Assembly: GCA_963849245.1 (NCBI GenBank)
Contig: CAWKIY010000001.1
Location: 1-55,224, forward strand
Reading direction: 5' to 3'
From: a candidate division FCPU426 bacterium
GTDB taxonomy: Bacteria; Oederibacteriota; Muellerivitia; Muellerivitales; Muellerivitaceae
DNA length: 55,224 bases
Position 1 is the first letter of the stretch; each line of letters begins with the position of its first letter. Both the position numbers and the translations under genes were made by a program. Under the pieces are notes generated by a model. It did no database searches and was not told the origin of the DNA. It saw only the letters and a program-made list of their open reading frames with translations. Positions 11,310-20,802 of this stretch are shown here, piece after piece.

Positions 11310-11529
11310 CGCCGAACGAGTTTAACGTACCCCCCAACTACCGTTGGGCCCAAATGTCGCCATCGACGTATCGCTCGGTCGTCTGGATGAAGCAATAACC
11401 GGCGAGCAATTGGACATCGCCCGAGCTGCTCTCCAACTCCCCAACGGCTTTGACGGTGCAGACGTAGGTGTCGTGCGAGACAACACTCGGCTACCGCTCT
11501 AATGCCCGATAGTGCACACTATGGGAAAT

Positions 11530-11559
11530 GTGAAATCGTCAATCGTGAAATCGTCAATC
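11530..11559. repeat. 15-bp perfect tandem duplication (GTGAAATCGTCAATC x2)
   Basis: Directly visible in the intergenic DNA between convergent genes. Confidence 0.8.
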
Positions 11560-11662
11560 ATGGTGATCCGAGCGGTGTGGACATTTGCGCCCCGAACTGC
11601 TGTGACCATTCGGCCGTCCGCAGAACACCTATTTCTTCGTCGTCGCCGCGTCCTGCAAGCCC

Positions 11663-13367
11663 TCATCTGTGGAGTGAGCCAAGTAGTCGCTTGGGCTCTT
11701 CCCAATCGGGTTCAAGTCTAATCGCCTTCTTCAGGTCGCGTGCTATGTCGTCGATGTCAGGTGGTTCAAGCGTGTCGGTGTGCGACCTCACAGTGCGAAG
11801 CAGTACTCGTGTCATGTACGCCCACAACGCTCGGAAGTAGTAGAATGTGGGTTCGTCCGGTGCTTCGGCGATAGAATCAGAGAGCTTTTCAATTGCCGCG
11901 TTGTTCTTCCCCGAAGCCCACAATTTCGAGGCAGTTGAGTAACGTAAAGCGGACTTTGCGTAGGGATCAAGCTGCTTTTCAATCACTGCTCCATTATCCA
12001 AAGTGAGTTCCGCAATATCAGCTAAAGTGCCTGCGAGCGCCGAATATCGCTCGAATGGCCTGAGAGTGGGCAAGTCGCTCCGCACGCCCAGCTGTGCTAA
12101 TTCGCTTCGGCCAGTCCGCCCGAGTATGCTCACGAGATACTCTGACGCAAGATTTCGAATGTGGCGCCGCGTTTCATGATTCTCTGCAATCAGATAGAGT
12201 AGCGCGTCGGCTAGGGGCGCCCACTCCTCGCAGCTCTTAAAATCGACGACGTCAATCTTCGACAACTTCTCCGCTAGTTGCATCCGAGAGACTTCGGCTT
12301 CCGTGATGCCAAGGCGTGGAGACTGTTTTGCAGCCCATGCAAATTGCTCGTTCTTGACCACATTGTCGTCACCCGCCGCGCCGGATCGCCACAGCTCAAG
12401 TGTTTGCGCTATGTCGATGCTGAAGGTTGTTTTTAGCTCGATACAAACTTCATTCAGGAATTCGAGTGCGTCCGGCCTCGCGTCGGGCGACGCGGAAAGA
12501 CACTTTCGGATAACCGCTTGCAACTTTGTTGAAGTTACACCACTAAGATTTCTTGTCCCATCGGTAACCCATCTTATCCAATTTCCTTCAGATTTTGTTC
12601 GCGCTTTCAGATTGTCAGCAGGGTGCTGACCCTGAAGCAATTCTGCTGCAATAATCCCCATTGAGAAAATGTCGCTTTTTACTGGCACTACAATTGCCTC
12701 AAAGCGTTCAGGTGCCATGTGAGTGCGGAGTGCTTTAGTACTGAGCCCTAAATCGACCCACGCATCGGCCCACCCAAGATCGGCTACACGAATGCGCCAC
12801 GGATGGGCAGTGCTTGGCCAAGTCTCGCTGTCCCCCAATTGAAACTTAATGCTGAGATCGTCGTACAACAAGTTGCTCGGCTTAAGGTCGCCGTGCCCTT
12901 CAAAGCCATGCTCATACAGAAATTGTAGTCCGTTCAAGCTTTGAGCCAAGGCAATGAGTCGGTCGGCAACTTCGGCTCCCGAAGGCGGTTTGCTGGCCCA
13001 TGTGTCAAGCGAGCCCGCCATACGCGGCATTCGCATGAAAGGAAGAATGACCGACTGATTTGTCTCAGTGTCTGAAAAGGTTGCCGTATCGAACCCTAGG
13101 GCTGGCAAAACATTATAAGTTGCTGGCAGCGCTAACCATAAACGAAATTCCCGTCGCAGAGTGGCGAGATCATCAACCGTCGGTAAAGTGCTTGCTTTGT
13201 TTGGATCAACGGTCTTAACGGCGAAAGCTCTTTGGAGAAATATTCGGAGACGTCGCGTTTAGAAACCAAATTAGCCCGTAGGTCCCTTTAACTGGTTCCG
13301 GTTCGACAGTGTAACCATCGTAATGCTGGTCGAGCCATTCACGAATATCCGCCAGAGCAATTGTCAT
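11663..13367 (-). CDS. Ser/Thr protein kinase with C-terminal helical/TPR region; one frameshift near 13220
   Basis: MTIALADIREW..PVKGTYGLIW..(A)VKT..REFRLW..HGDLKPSNLL..ADLG..HMAPE..SDIFSMG..PDARP; C-terminal AIAEAPDEPTFYYFRA / DLKKAIRLEPDW are TPR-like. Confidence 0.8.
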
Positions 13368-13659
13368 TGGTCGTCGTGTCCTTCTGTCAATAAGTTCAAG
13401 TTCACAAAGGCGGCGTGTTGAAAATGTCATACATGAGTTAAAATTCGGTCGGCTTTATGTCTTCTTGTGCTCGGGGCGCTTCCAAAGGGTCGTGGCCAGC
13501 GGGAAACGGGGGGCATTGGGTCCCCGCCCGAAGCTGGCGGCATTGACTGGGACTCCTTGGGCGGTCCCTGCTAAAATGCAGCTCGAAAGGTTGATGTGGT
13601 TCGGAGCGCCCAGAGTTGAAGTCCTAGGCTCCGATATCAGATGTGGGAAAACTCTAACG

Positions 13660-14400
13660 TCGTCAAACCGCCATTTTAAAGGTGTCCAACTATGGCCTCG
13701 CGGCATTGATAGTAAAAAATTCTCTCCTTCTTTCAGAAGTCAAACGTTAAGAAAACAACTTGGCATTGGAAAACATATTCTTTTGCTTTTCGTTGGTCGG
13801 CTGGTAGCCGAAAAAGATTTAGCGGATTTGGTCGAAGCAACGCACAAACTGAGGCAAAAAAAATACAAGTTCCATTTGGCATTCGCCGGAGACGGTCCCT
13901 ATCGTTCCACTCTGGAAAAAGAATTACCAAACGATCATTATTTCGGTTTTATCCAAGATCAAAGATTGGCCGATCTTTACGCCTCGTCAGATCTCTTTGT
14001 TTTTCCTTCAACAACCGAAACTTTTGGAAATGTGATATTAGAAGCTTTTGCCTCCGGACTACCCGTTATCGGTGTGAAAAAAGGTGGCTCAGTCGATCTT
14101 ATTCACCATGGTTTTAACGGATTTTTAGCAGAGCCCCATAATTCGAAAAACTTTGCCGATCAAATCCAAACGCTCTTGGACGACCCTAAAAAAATGAAAA
14201 AGATGAGCAAAAAGGCTTTAGAAACAGCTTCCCGTTACAATTGGCCGGCCATTAATGACCGGCTGATTACTTATTACGATTGGTTAATTAAAAATAAGAA
14301 ACTCAATGTTCCTCCCCCAACCATTGATCATTTTTACCAAAATCATCCCAATAAAAATCCTTTATCCGCCTCTTCCCACACAAAAGGTTTTGCCCGATAA
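13660..14400 (+). pseudogene. 5'-truncated GT4 glycosyltransferase (MgtA/PimB-like), C-terminal half only
   Basis: VQLWPRGID..FVGRLVAEK..GDGP..YASSDLFVFPSTTETFGNVILEAFASGLPV (ExxxxxxxE motif). Upstream of ~13660 the ORF translation is unrelated GC-rich sequence. Confidence 0.8.
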
Positions 14401-14521
14401 TCTCCGGCATGCAGATTTCTTCAAAAAAGATTTAAGCCGAAAGAAGCCAACCTCTGTTCGTTCCGCTACAACTGCGCTTGGTTTATTACACGAAAACACT
14501 TATCCAACGTAAAATGAGGCC

Positions 14522-15190
14522 ATGAAACGAATCCTTCTTCTATCACTTTTAACTCTTTTGTGGGCGAATCCAGTATTGGCTCAGGATCCGGACATGCCTA
14601 ATTTTAGCCTTCTGTTTCATGCTGGAGCCGACTATCCCACAGGATTCATCCAAGGCTACACAACCAGTTTTAACGGAGGTGCTTGGATGGGCGCAAGCCT
14701 CTCCAACAGAGTTGATGGTTTTTTCGGAGTAGATTATTACGACATTGTTAATGTTATATATCCTGGGTTTCCTTTACCTGTCACTCTGTTAAACGGAACC
14801 ACGGTTTTACCGACGAATGACGTCTCTATCAGCATAAACACACGCTGGTATCTTTATGACAAGTGGGATAACGTCCAAAAACGATTCAATGTTGTGCCTT
14901 ATTTAGTGACTGGTTTAGCCATGGATTTATTGGTCGACGTATATCCAAGAGATGTTATTGGTGGTCCCTATTATCAACAACCATTTTATAATCTTCCTGT
15001 TGATATCTTATTCGGGGCGAATCTGGGAGTAGGTCTCGACTTTCCTATTGATCACGGAAAGGACGTCATTTTTTATGGCGAAGGAATCGACCACTTCATC
15101 TTTTGGGATGGTCTATCTCAAATTTTTATCGGCCAAGCTGGAATTAAGTTTATGTTGGACACGGCTCACGTCGATCCATTTCGAAATTAA
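14522..15190 (+). CDS. Secreted, probable small outer-membrane beta-barrel protein
   Basis: Signal peptide (..NPVLA-Q); amphipathic strands and a VVPYLVTG / GANLGVGLDF pattern typical of OmpA-like barrels. Confidence 0.55.
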   Translation: MKRILLLSLLTLLWANPVLAQDPDMPNFSLLFHAGADYPTGFIQGYTTSFNGGAWMGASLSNRVDGFFGVDYYDIVNVIYPGFPLPVTLLNGTTVLPTNDVSISINTRWYLYDKWDNVQKRFNVVPYLVTGLAMDLLVDVYPRDVIGGPYYQQPFYNLPVDILFGANLGVGLDFPIDHGKDVIFYGEGIDHFIFWDGLSQIFIGQAGIKFMLDTAHVDPFRN

Positions 15191-15224
15191 TTGCCCTAAT
15201 TTTTTGAGAAATGAACCTTTACGA

Positions 15225-16724
15225 TTAAAAGAATACTCCCAGGCTGATTCCCGCCTCAAAACCACCAAAATCAAATTGCGCCGAGCGAAGTCCCGGGTAT
15301 TGAGAAGGATTGATCCCATACTGCTGTGGATTATTTGGAAAATAAATCAACTGTGGTCCGTAAGGCGAGTTATAAACATCTAATTGGCCTGGTGTTCCGG
15401 GTGGAATCGTTCCATATTGTGATCCATTACCCTGAAACGCGCCTCTAAAATTATTTCCCTGCGCTAGACGGTAACCGAATTCAGGCGTCAAAACTAAACC
15501 ACCGCCCAATTGACAATCCATTCCAGCCTGAACTTGACCGCCAAAGATAAGGTTTGAAAAATCGGCGTTTAAATTAGTCGCTGATGATCCCGTTCCGTTA
15601 TTCAAATTATAATTCAAATCCACAGTGTAAAGGGCCATTCCAAGACCAACAAATGGTCGAAAAGGGCCTTGGAGAAAAAAATAGCGTCCATTTAACCCAA
15701 ATGAAAAAACCCTATTATCAATTGTCAAAGAAGAATAGGCGCTATGATCCCCATTATCGATCGTTTCCTGAAATTGTCCTATCGATAACAAACCAAATTC
15801 GAACCCGAGTTCGACATTGGGGGTAATTTCCATCACTGGTTCTAAGGTATAGCTGAATCCCAAAGTCGGGGCTGAAGCGTTATAATTCAATGTTGGATCG
15901 ACGGACTGATTTGCTTTTACAAGAGCCGCCTCCGTGTTAGTTTCCGCTAGATAATCTGAAAAATTATTCAAAACAATCTGAGAATGAAACCTCATTCCAA
16001 AAAGCGCGGCCTGACCTGAAAGTGTTTGAAGATCGGTAACTGGCGAAGCTTTTACTTGATGATCAATGCTTTTTTGATCTTCCGGAGAAAGCTGAACCAT
16101 CAGTTGATCTAAATAAGATTTCAACGAATCATTCGGTTGCTTTTGATTTGCCAATGTTAGGTTCAAAACACCATTTTTCTTGTCTCCTAAGGCGTACTGG
16201 CTCATTCCAAGATAGTAAAACCCTTTCCAATCCGTTGGATTTTGTTGGATCGCTTGTTGGAAATACGGAAGCGCGGATTCATACTGTTTTTGTTGATAGA
16301 ACCCAAAACCTTGATCCAAAGAATTGGTGGAGATCGGAGGCGTGGATGCCGAAACCGCTGTTAAAGCTGGGGGCAGCGCCGCTGGTGGAGCAGCGGGCAA
16401 AGAAGCGACTTTTAATTTAAGTCGATCCACAAATTGCGCCCATCGAGTGTTGGAAGGGTTAAGGGATAAAGCTTTTTGAGCGTCATTCAACGCGTTTGAA
16501 TACTGACCCAAGGCCCCGTAAGAATACGCCCGCCCCTCAAGGGCTGTCATATTATTCGAATCGAGTTTTAAAGCCGTGTCAAAGGACTGAAGTGCCTGCG
16601 TATAGTTTTTCGACTGATAAAATTGAACCCCCGCTTTGTTATCATCGTTGATGGTTTGGGCGAGAACTGACCCCGTAATACATAACCCTAATCCCATCCC
16701 TAAATAAACTCGCGAAAATTTCAT
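15225..16724 (-). CDS. TPR-repeat protein fused to C-terminal outer-membrane beta-barrel
   Basis: Signal peptide; two TPR blocks (G..FYQ.K.Y..AL..F..A) separated by an Ala/Pro linker; RPFVGLG, GGQVQAG; ends FGGFEAGISLGVFF (beta-signal Phe). Confidence 0.7.
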   Translation of the reverse strand: MKFSRVYLGMGLGLCITGSVLAQTINDDNKAGVQFYQSKNYTQALQSFDTALKLDSNNMTALEGRAYSYGALGQYSNALNDAQKALSLNPSNTRWAQFVDRLKLKVASLPAAPPAALPPALTAVSASTPPISTNSLDQGFGFYQQKQYESALPYFQQAIQQNPTDWKGFYYLGMSQYALGDKKNGVLNLTLANQKQPNDSLKSYLDQLMVQLSPEDQKSIDHQVKASPVTDLQTLSGQAALFGMRFHSQIVLNNFSDYLAETNTEAALVKANQSVDPTLNYNASAPTLGFSYTLEPVMEITPNVELGFEFGLLSIGQFQETIDNGDHSAYSSLTIDNRVFSFGLNGRYFFLQGPFRPFVGLGMALYTVDLNYNLNNGTGSSATNLNADFSNLIFGGQVQAGMDCQLGGGLVLTPEFGYRLAQGNNFRGAFQGNGSQYGTIPPGTPGQLDVYNSPYGPQLIYFPNNPQQYGINPSQYPGLRSAQFDFGGFEAGISLGVFF

Positions 16725-16846
16725 TCTTCCGCCGTTTCGTTATAAAATAATTCCAATCTTAGAAGGCATTTTATCGGTCCTCGTATCGTTTTAACAGGTT
16801 AATTTGCCTGATGAAAAACCCCTTTAATTGAGCAAAAAGGATTCGT

Positions 16847-17389
16847 GTGGGACTTACGTCAACGCTTTATCGCTTTCAAATTGATCTTTCGGATGTTGAC
16901 CGCGGCATTTATCAAAACTTGGAATTTCGCGCGGCCATGCATCCATCCGAATCGATGCCTTTTTTCATCACGCGCGTCCTCGCCTTTTGCCTTAACTATG
17001 AGGAAAGTTTGGAATTTTCACCTGGAATCAGTGCGCCCGACGAACCGGCACTTCGGGTTACGGGTTTAACTGGCCAAGTAGAGCTTTGGATCGATATTGG
17101 AAATCCAACCCCTAAACGAATACACAAGGCCTCCAAAACCGGCGCTCAAATCATCCTTTACACTCATAAAGACGCGCAAATGCTCGCCCGAGAACTAAAA
17201 GAAGCAGAAGTTCATCGACTGGAAGATATCCAGCTTTATGCCATGGATCAACGATTTCTCCATCAACTGGGTGCAACATTGCAACGAGATAACCGCTGGG
17301 AAATAACCCATCACGAGGGCCAATTGTATATTGGCGTGGGCAAGGAATCTTTCCAAGCCCCAATAGCGTCAATTCCATTAACCAAATAA
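16847..17389 (+). CDS. yaeQ: YaeQ family protein
   Basis: LYRFQIDLSDVDRG.Y, AMHPSE, RVLAFCL, DEPAL, LWIDIGNP..KRIHKAS. Confidence 0.9.
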   Translation: MGLTSTLYRFQIDLSDVDRGIYQNLEFRAAMHPSESMPFFITRVLAFCLNYEESLEFSPGISAPDEPALRVTGLTGQVELWIDIGNPTPKRIHKASKTGAQIILYTHKDAQMLARELKEAEVHRLEDIQLYAMDQRFLHQLGATLQRDNRWEITHHEGQLYIGVGKESFQAPIASIPLTK

Positions 17390-17432
17390 TCACTTTTTTA
17401 CCGCTACAATTAAAAGAGCGTAAAATAAAAAA

Positions 17433-18068
17433 ATGACTCAAAAAAAATTCTCTTATTTGATACTAATCTCTTTCATTTTATTCTTGGTTTCACAAATCCA
17501 GGCACAGGATGGGTCCCCAACACCCACATCTCAAACCACTCCATCTCCTTGCTGGAATCCCCCTCTAAATGTTCCGGAAATTCCAAATCCGCAATTGGGT
17601 GATTACGCTGAAGCTTCCATCACACCTCAAGGCCCGGTCATTTATTACAATCCGGTTCTAATGAAAAAAGCTGTAGAAGCGGCGGTTTTCATTCGAGCCC
17701 ATGAATATGGGCATATCCAATTCCAACACATGCAACAGGAAAGTTTTCTATCCCATAATAACGGCATGGGTCAATTATGGCTTTCACCTAAATTCGAGAC
17801 CCAAGCCGACCTTTATGCCACCGATGTTTGCTTTAAAATTTGCCCGAACGCCCTACAAAAAGCTGTGGATTTTTTTAAAAATCAATCCGTTCTTTCTGAT
17901 AAATATCATGCCCCTGGAGTCATGCGGGCCAACAATATTCTGCGTCGTTGGGCGGATCTCATCAGTGGCGATGCGCGGCCTTTCGATTATCAAGGCGTCC
18001 AAATTGACGTCGGCGGCACCCTTGTTTTGGATAAACTTCCGATTGAAATAACCCCTGAAAATCAATAA
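17433..18068 (+). CDS. Secreted zincin-like metalloprotease-domain protein
   Basis: Signal peptide; FIRAHEYGH (HExxH); downstream ETQAD third-ligand motif and H..G..R. Confidence 0.6.
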   Translation: MTQKKFSYLILISFILFLVSQIQAQDGSPTPTSQTTPSPCWNPPLNVPEIPNPQLGDYAEASITPQGPVIYYNPVLMKKAVEAAVFIRAHEYGHIQFQHMQQESFLSHNNGMGQLWLSPKFETQADLYATDVCFKICPNALQKAVDFFKNQSVLSDKYHAPGVMRANNILRRWADLISGDARPFDYQGVQIDVGGTLVLDKLPIEITPENQ

Positions 18069-18269
18069 AACGTGACCTAAAACAGACCCGCTGTTTTTAG
18101 GTGCTCTAAATCTGAACAAGTCTTTAAAGAATTGTTCAAAGGATGAAGGCTTTATGGCGTTTTACCTTCCATAAAGGCCTCTTTACTCTCTTTTTTCTGG
18201 CATTCAATATGCATTAAGTAATGTCAATAGAATCAAAAGCTTAAAACTGTTTCAAAAAGGAGGGACACG

Positions 18270-18470
18270 ATGAAAGAACTCTTATTAAAAAAGAAAAAAC
18301 TGTTGGTCCTTCAAACCCTTGATGAGTTCGAGGATTTTTTGGAAAAGTTGGATCAGTCTTGGGAAAGTAAAAGCAATTCGAAGAAAAGCGCATTTAACGA
18401 GTGGGTCAATCATTACTACGAGCATTTATTGAAGGACTTAGGCCCCTCTAATGGGTCCCTGTTTTCTTAA
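18270..18470 (+). CDS. Small hypothetical protein
   Basis: Strong RBS (AGGAGG) before the ATG; 66 aa, helical, charged. Confidence 0.55.
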   Translation: MKELLLKKKKLLVLQTLDEFEDFLEKLDQSWESKSNSKKSAFNEWVNHYYEHLLKDLGPSNGSLFS

Positions 18471-18546
18471 AAGAATGAGTTTTATTGAACACTATAAATC
18501 TAACTGGTCTTTGAAGCGAAACATATCTACTTCGAGTCCTAAAATC

Positions 18547-18747
18547 CTAATCATTTAGCGGAATCACCATCAGACCATCGTCAAGAAAGTGCTTGTCCCT
18601 TCCCTTATCTTTGCAAGTACTGTTGCCGCACCGATAGGAGACATCAAAAAGTTTACGGGCTTTAGCTCCCTTCTCTTTTACCGCTTTACGGGAAACCTCT
18701 GATAAATCCTTGCCGCATCCGTTGCAAGAAGGCATGAAATCCTCCAA
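18547..18747 (-). CDS. Small Cys-rich (Zn-ribbon-like) protein
   Basis: CNGC..CGNSTC; probable start at MPSC (18735) after a GGAGG RBS. Confidence 0.5.
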   Translation of the reverse strand: MEDFMPSCNGCGKDLSEVSRKAVKEKGAKARKLFDVSYRCGNSTCKDKGRDKHFLDDGLMVIPLND

Positions 18748-18757
18748 CTAAATTATT

Positions 18758-19132
18758 TTAGGGCTGATGCTCGAGTGTTCTTTTATCTTGTCCTGGATCA
18801 CTAAACTCGATCACTTTTCCCGTTTTAGCTTGTACAATCGCAAACAAAGCCTCATTCCTCCTGAGATGATTCAAATCCACCGGTTTGGGAAAAAGAAAGA
18901 TCGAAAAATTCCCACTTTCGGAATTAGGAATAATTTGCCAATTCATTTTCTTGGGATTATAGCCATGTTTTACTGCCAGATTCTGAACTAGTTGAACCGC
19001 CCGCTTTTCTTCAGGACTTCCATGAGAAAAAGCCGGATCCGGAGGAATATCGGTCGAAAACGAGAACTGTTCACAACCTGAAATTAAAACCCCTGAAAAA
19101 ATACCAACCACTAAAAGCAGCTTAAAGCTCAT
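18758..19132 (-). CDS. Hypothetical lipoprotein
   Basis: Hydrophobic N-terminus with lipobox ISG-C. Confidence 0.6.
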   Translation of the reverse strand: MSFKLLLVVGIFSGVLISGCEQFSFSTDIPPDPAFSHGSPEEKRAVQLVQNLAVKHGYNPKKMNWQIIPNSESGNFSIFLFPKPVDLNHLRRNEALFAIVQAKTGKVIEFSDPGQDKRTLEHQP

Positions 19133-19185
19133 AATCTGCCCGCCTTTTTACGCCTTACCAATAAAATAAAACTCAAAACGAATAC

Positions 19186-19581
19186 CTAGTGATTTGAAAC
19201 TGAGAATTGATAAACGTCCATCGCGTCTGTGATTGCTTTATCCAAACGGTCACCCTTGTTTGATAATTGATTGTACTGATCTCGAGTCAAAGCGTGGCCC
19301 TTATTTTTTAGAAATTGTTCATTAGCTTCTTTTTTAGCTGCGTTTATTTGGACTAATAAGGATTTCGATTGGGATTGATTTAACTTATGACTAAACAAAC
19401 CATTGTTGACAAAACTAATTTGATGGTCAAAACGATTAATCAGCTTATGAACAGAAAAGTGATCCGTCTGCGCCGTTAAGGACATTGGTTCCTGAGTTGC
19501 CGTTGATTGGGGTGCCCCTAGCACTGATATAGTGGTGCTTGAAAAAACAATGAAAAACATGGCAAAAAACGAGCATTTCAT
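19186..19581 (-). CDS. Hypothetical secreted helical protein
   Basis: Signal-peptide-like N-terminus; 131-aa intact ORF. Confidence 0.55.
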   Translation of the reverse strand: MKCSFFAMFFIVFSSTTISVLGAPQSTATQEPMSLTAQTDHFSVHKLINRFDHQISFVNNGLFSHKLNQSQSKSLLVQINAAKKEANEQFLKNKGHALTRDQYNQLSNKGDRLDKAITDAMDVYQFSVSNH

Positions 19582-19986
19582 CGAAGTTACTTCTTTCGTT
19601 TAAAAACCTTTATCTGCCTAACTATAAAACTCCCAATAACCACTAGCCCTTAAAGCATTGTAGGAATAATAAAAATACATGCCAATTAAATTCCCAGAAG
19701 CACAAAACACTTTAGTTAAATAGTAATAAGTATTCCCAATTTTAGACCTGGGGCTAAAAAATGTTAACTTTTATGGCATCAAAAATGCGTTAAAAAAAAT
19801 AAATAAAGCAGACTTGGAAAACCTTAAAGAGAGTAGAATTTAAGTGAGAAGGACTGTCATCCTTCTTTACAACGTTGATCCCCTGTAGTTTCCAACACTT
19901 TTTCATTTTACCTGCGTCCAATCGGATAACGTTATATCCATTCCATCAAAAACCATTTTATTCACCCGTTTTACGAGGAGGAAAAA

Positions 19987-20427
19987 ATGTCGACCCAAAT
20001 AAAAACCGCCAAAAAACCAATTGAAATTCTTCTCGTTGAAGACAATTTGGGAGACGTCATTTTGATGCGGGAGATCCTTCGGTTATCCCGTTTTCCAATT
20101 CACTTAAAAGTAGCACGGGATGGTGAAGAAGCCCTAGCAGTCCTTCAACAAGCTGAGGATTTTTCAGACAAAGGCAAACCCGATCTTATTCTTTTAGATT
20201 TAAGTCTTCCTCTCTTAAGTGGTCACGAAGTTCTGGCTAAAATCCGCAAAGATCCGGTTTTAAAAGATATCCCGGTACTTATCATGAGCGGCTCTAGCAG
20301 TGACGACGATCTACGCGAGGCCTATCAGCACAACGCGAACTTTTATATTGTTAAGCCCATGGATGTCGAGCATTTCGCGGTCGTCATCAGTTACATTGAA
20401 AATTTTTGGCTCGAACGGATCCCATGA
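19987..20427 (+). CDS. Single-domain response regulator (Rcp1-like receiver)
   Basis: ILLVEDN, PDLILLDLSLP, IPVLIMSGS, ANFYIVKP, ends ..ENFWL. Confidence 0.9.
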   Translation: MSTQIKTAKKPIEILLVEDNLGDVILMREILRLSRFPIHLKVARDGEEALAVLQQAEDFSDKGKPDLILLDLSLPLLSGHEVLAKIRKDPVLKDIPVLIMSGSSSDDDLREAYQHNANFYIVKPMDVEHFAVVISYIENFWLERIP

Positions 20428-20802
20428 TGGGCAAAATTAAATCTTAAGAGAGGGGGTAGATAAATATTTATTCAAATTGCTTCGACTTAGCAATTTGTTG
20501 TCTTTTAGACAGAATGGGCTTAAAGGCAGGCTATCGGCAAACTTTTCGCCTATTAAGTGGCTACATCACTTCGACTTTCTTGAAATAAATTTATGTACAT
20601 TTCCCTTTTGAGCTCAACAGGAATATAATTTGAGCAGTGGATTTTTTCATCTTTCTTGAAAAATCCGAATTGTTTAGCCTCTTCCCCCGCCGGCTGAAAC
20701 CGGCTTTTCACAAAACAAATGATCGTCTTGTCGTAAATCGATCGTTGTTTAATAACCCCCCACCGTGAAAGGTCACAACCGAGTCGTAGGAGGATTCTTT
20801 AC

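Noticed and set aside
13465-13660. N-terminal ~65 aa of the 311-aa ORF as part of the glycosyltransferase
   Set aside because: It does not resemble a GT4 N-domain and lies in compositionally different DNA; it is a fortuitous in-frame read-through across the junction.
1-13660. Calling the left segment an integrated mobile element (ICE/prophage/transposon)
   Set aside because: No integrase, transposase, att site or terminal repeat is visible, and a chimeric join explains the data better.
20520-20800. c-di-GMP riboswitch upstream of the tandem receiver gene (GGCAAAC seen)
   Set aside because: The GNRA-capped P2 stem and following GCAAAG/tetraloop-receptor elements are not present.
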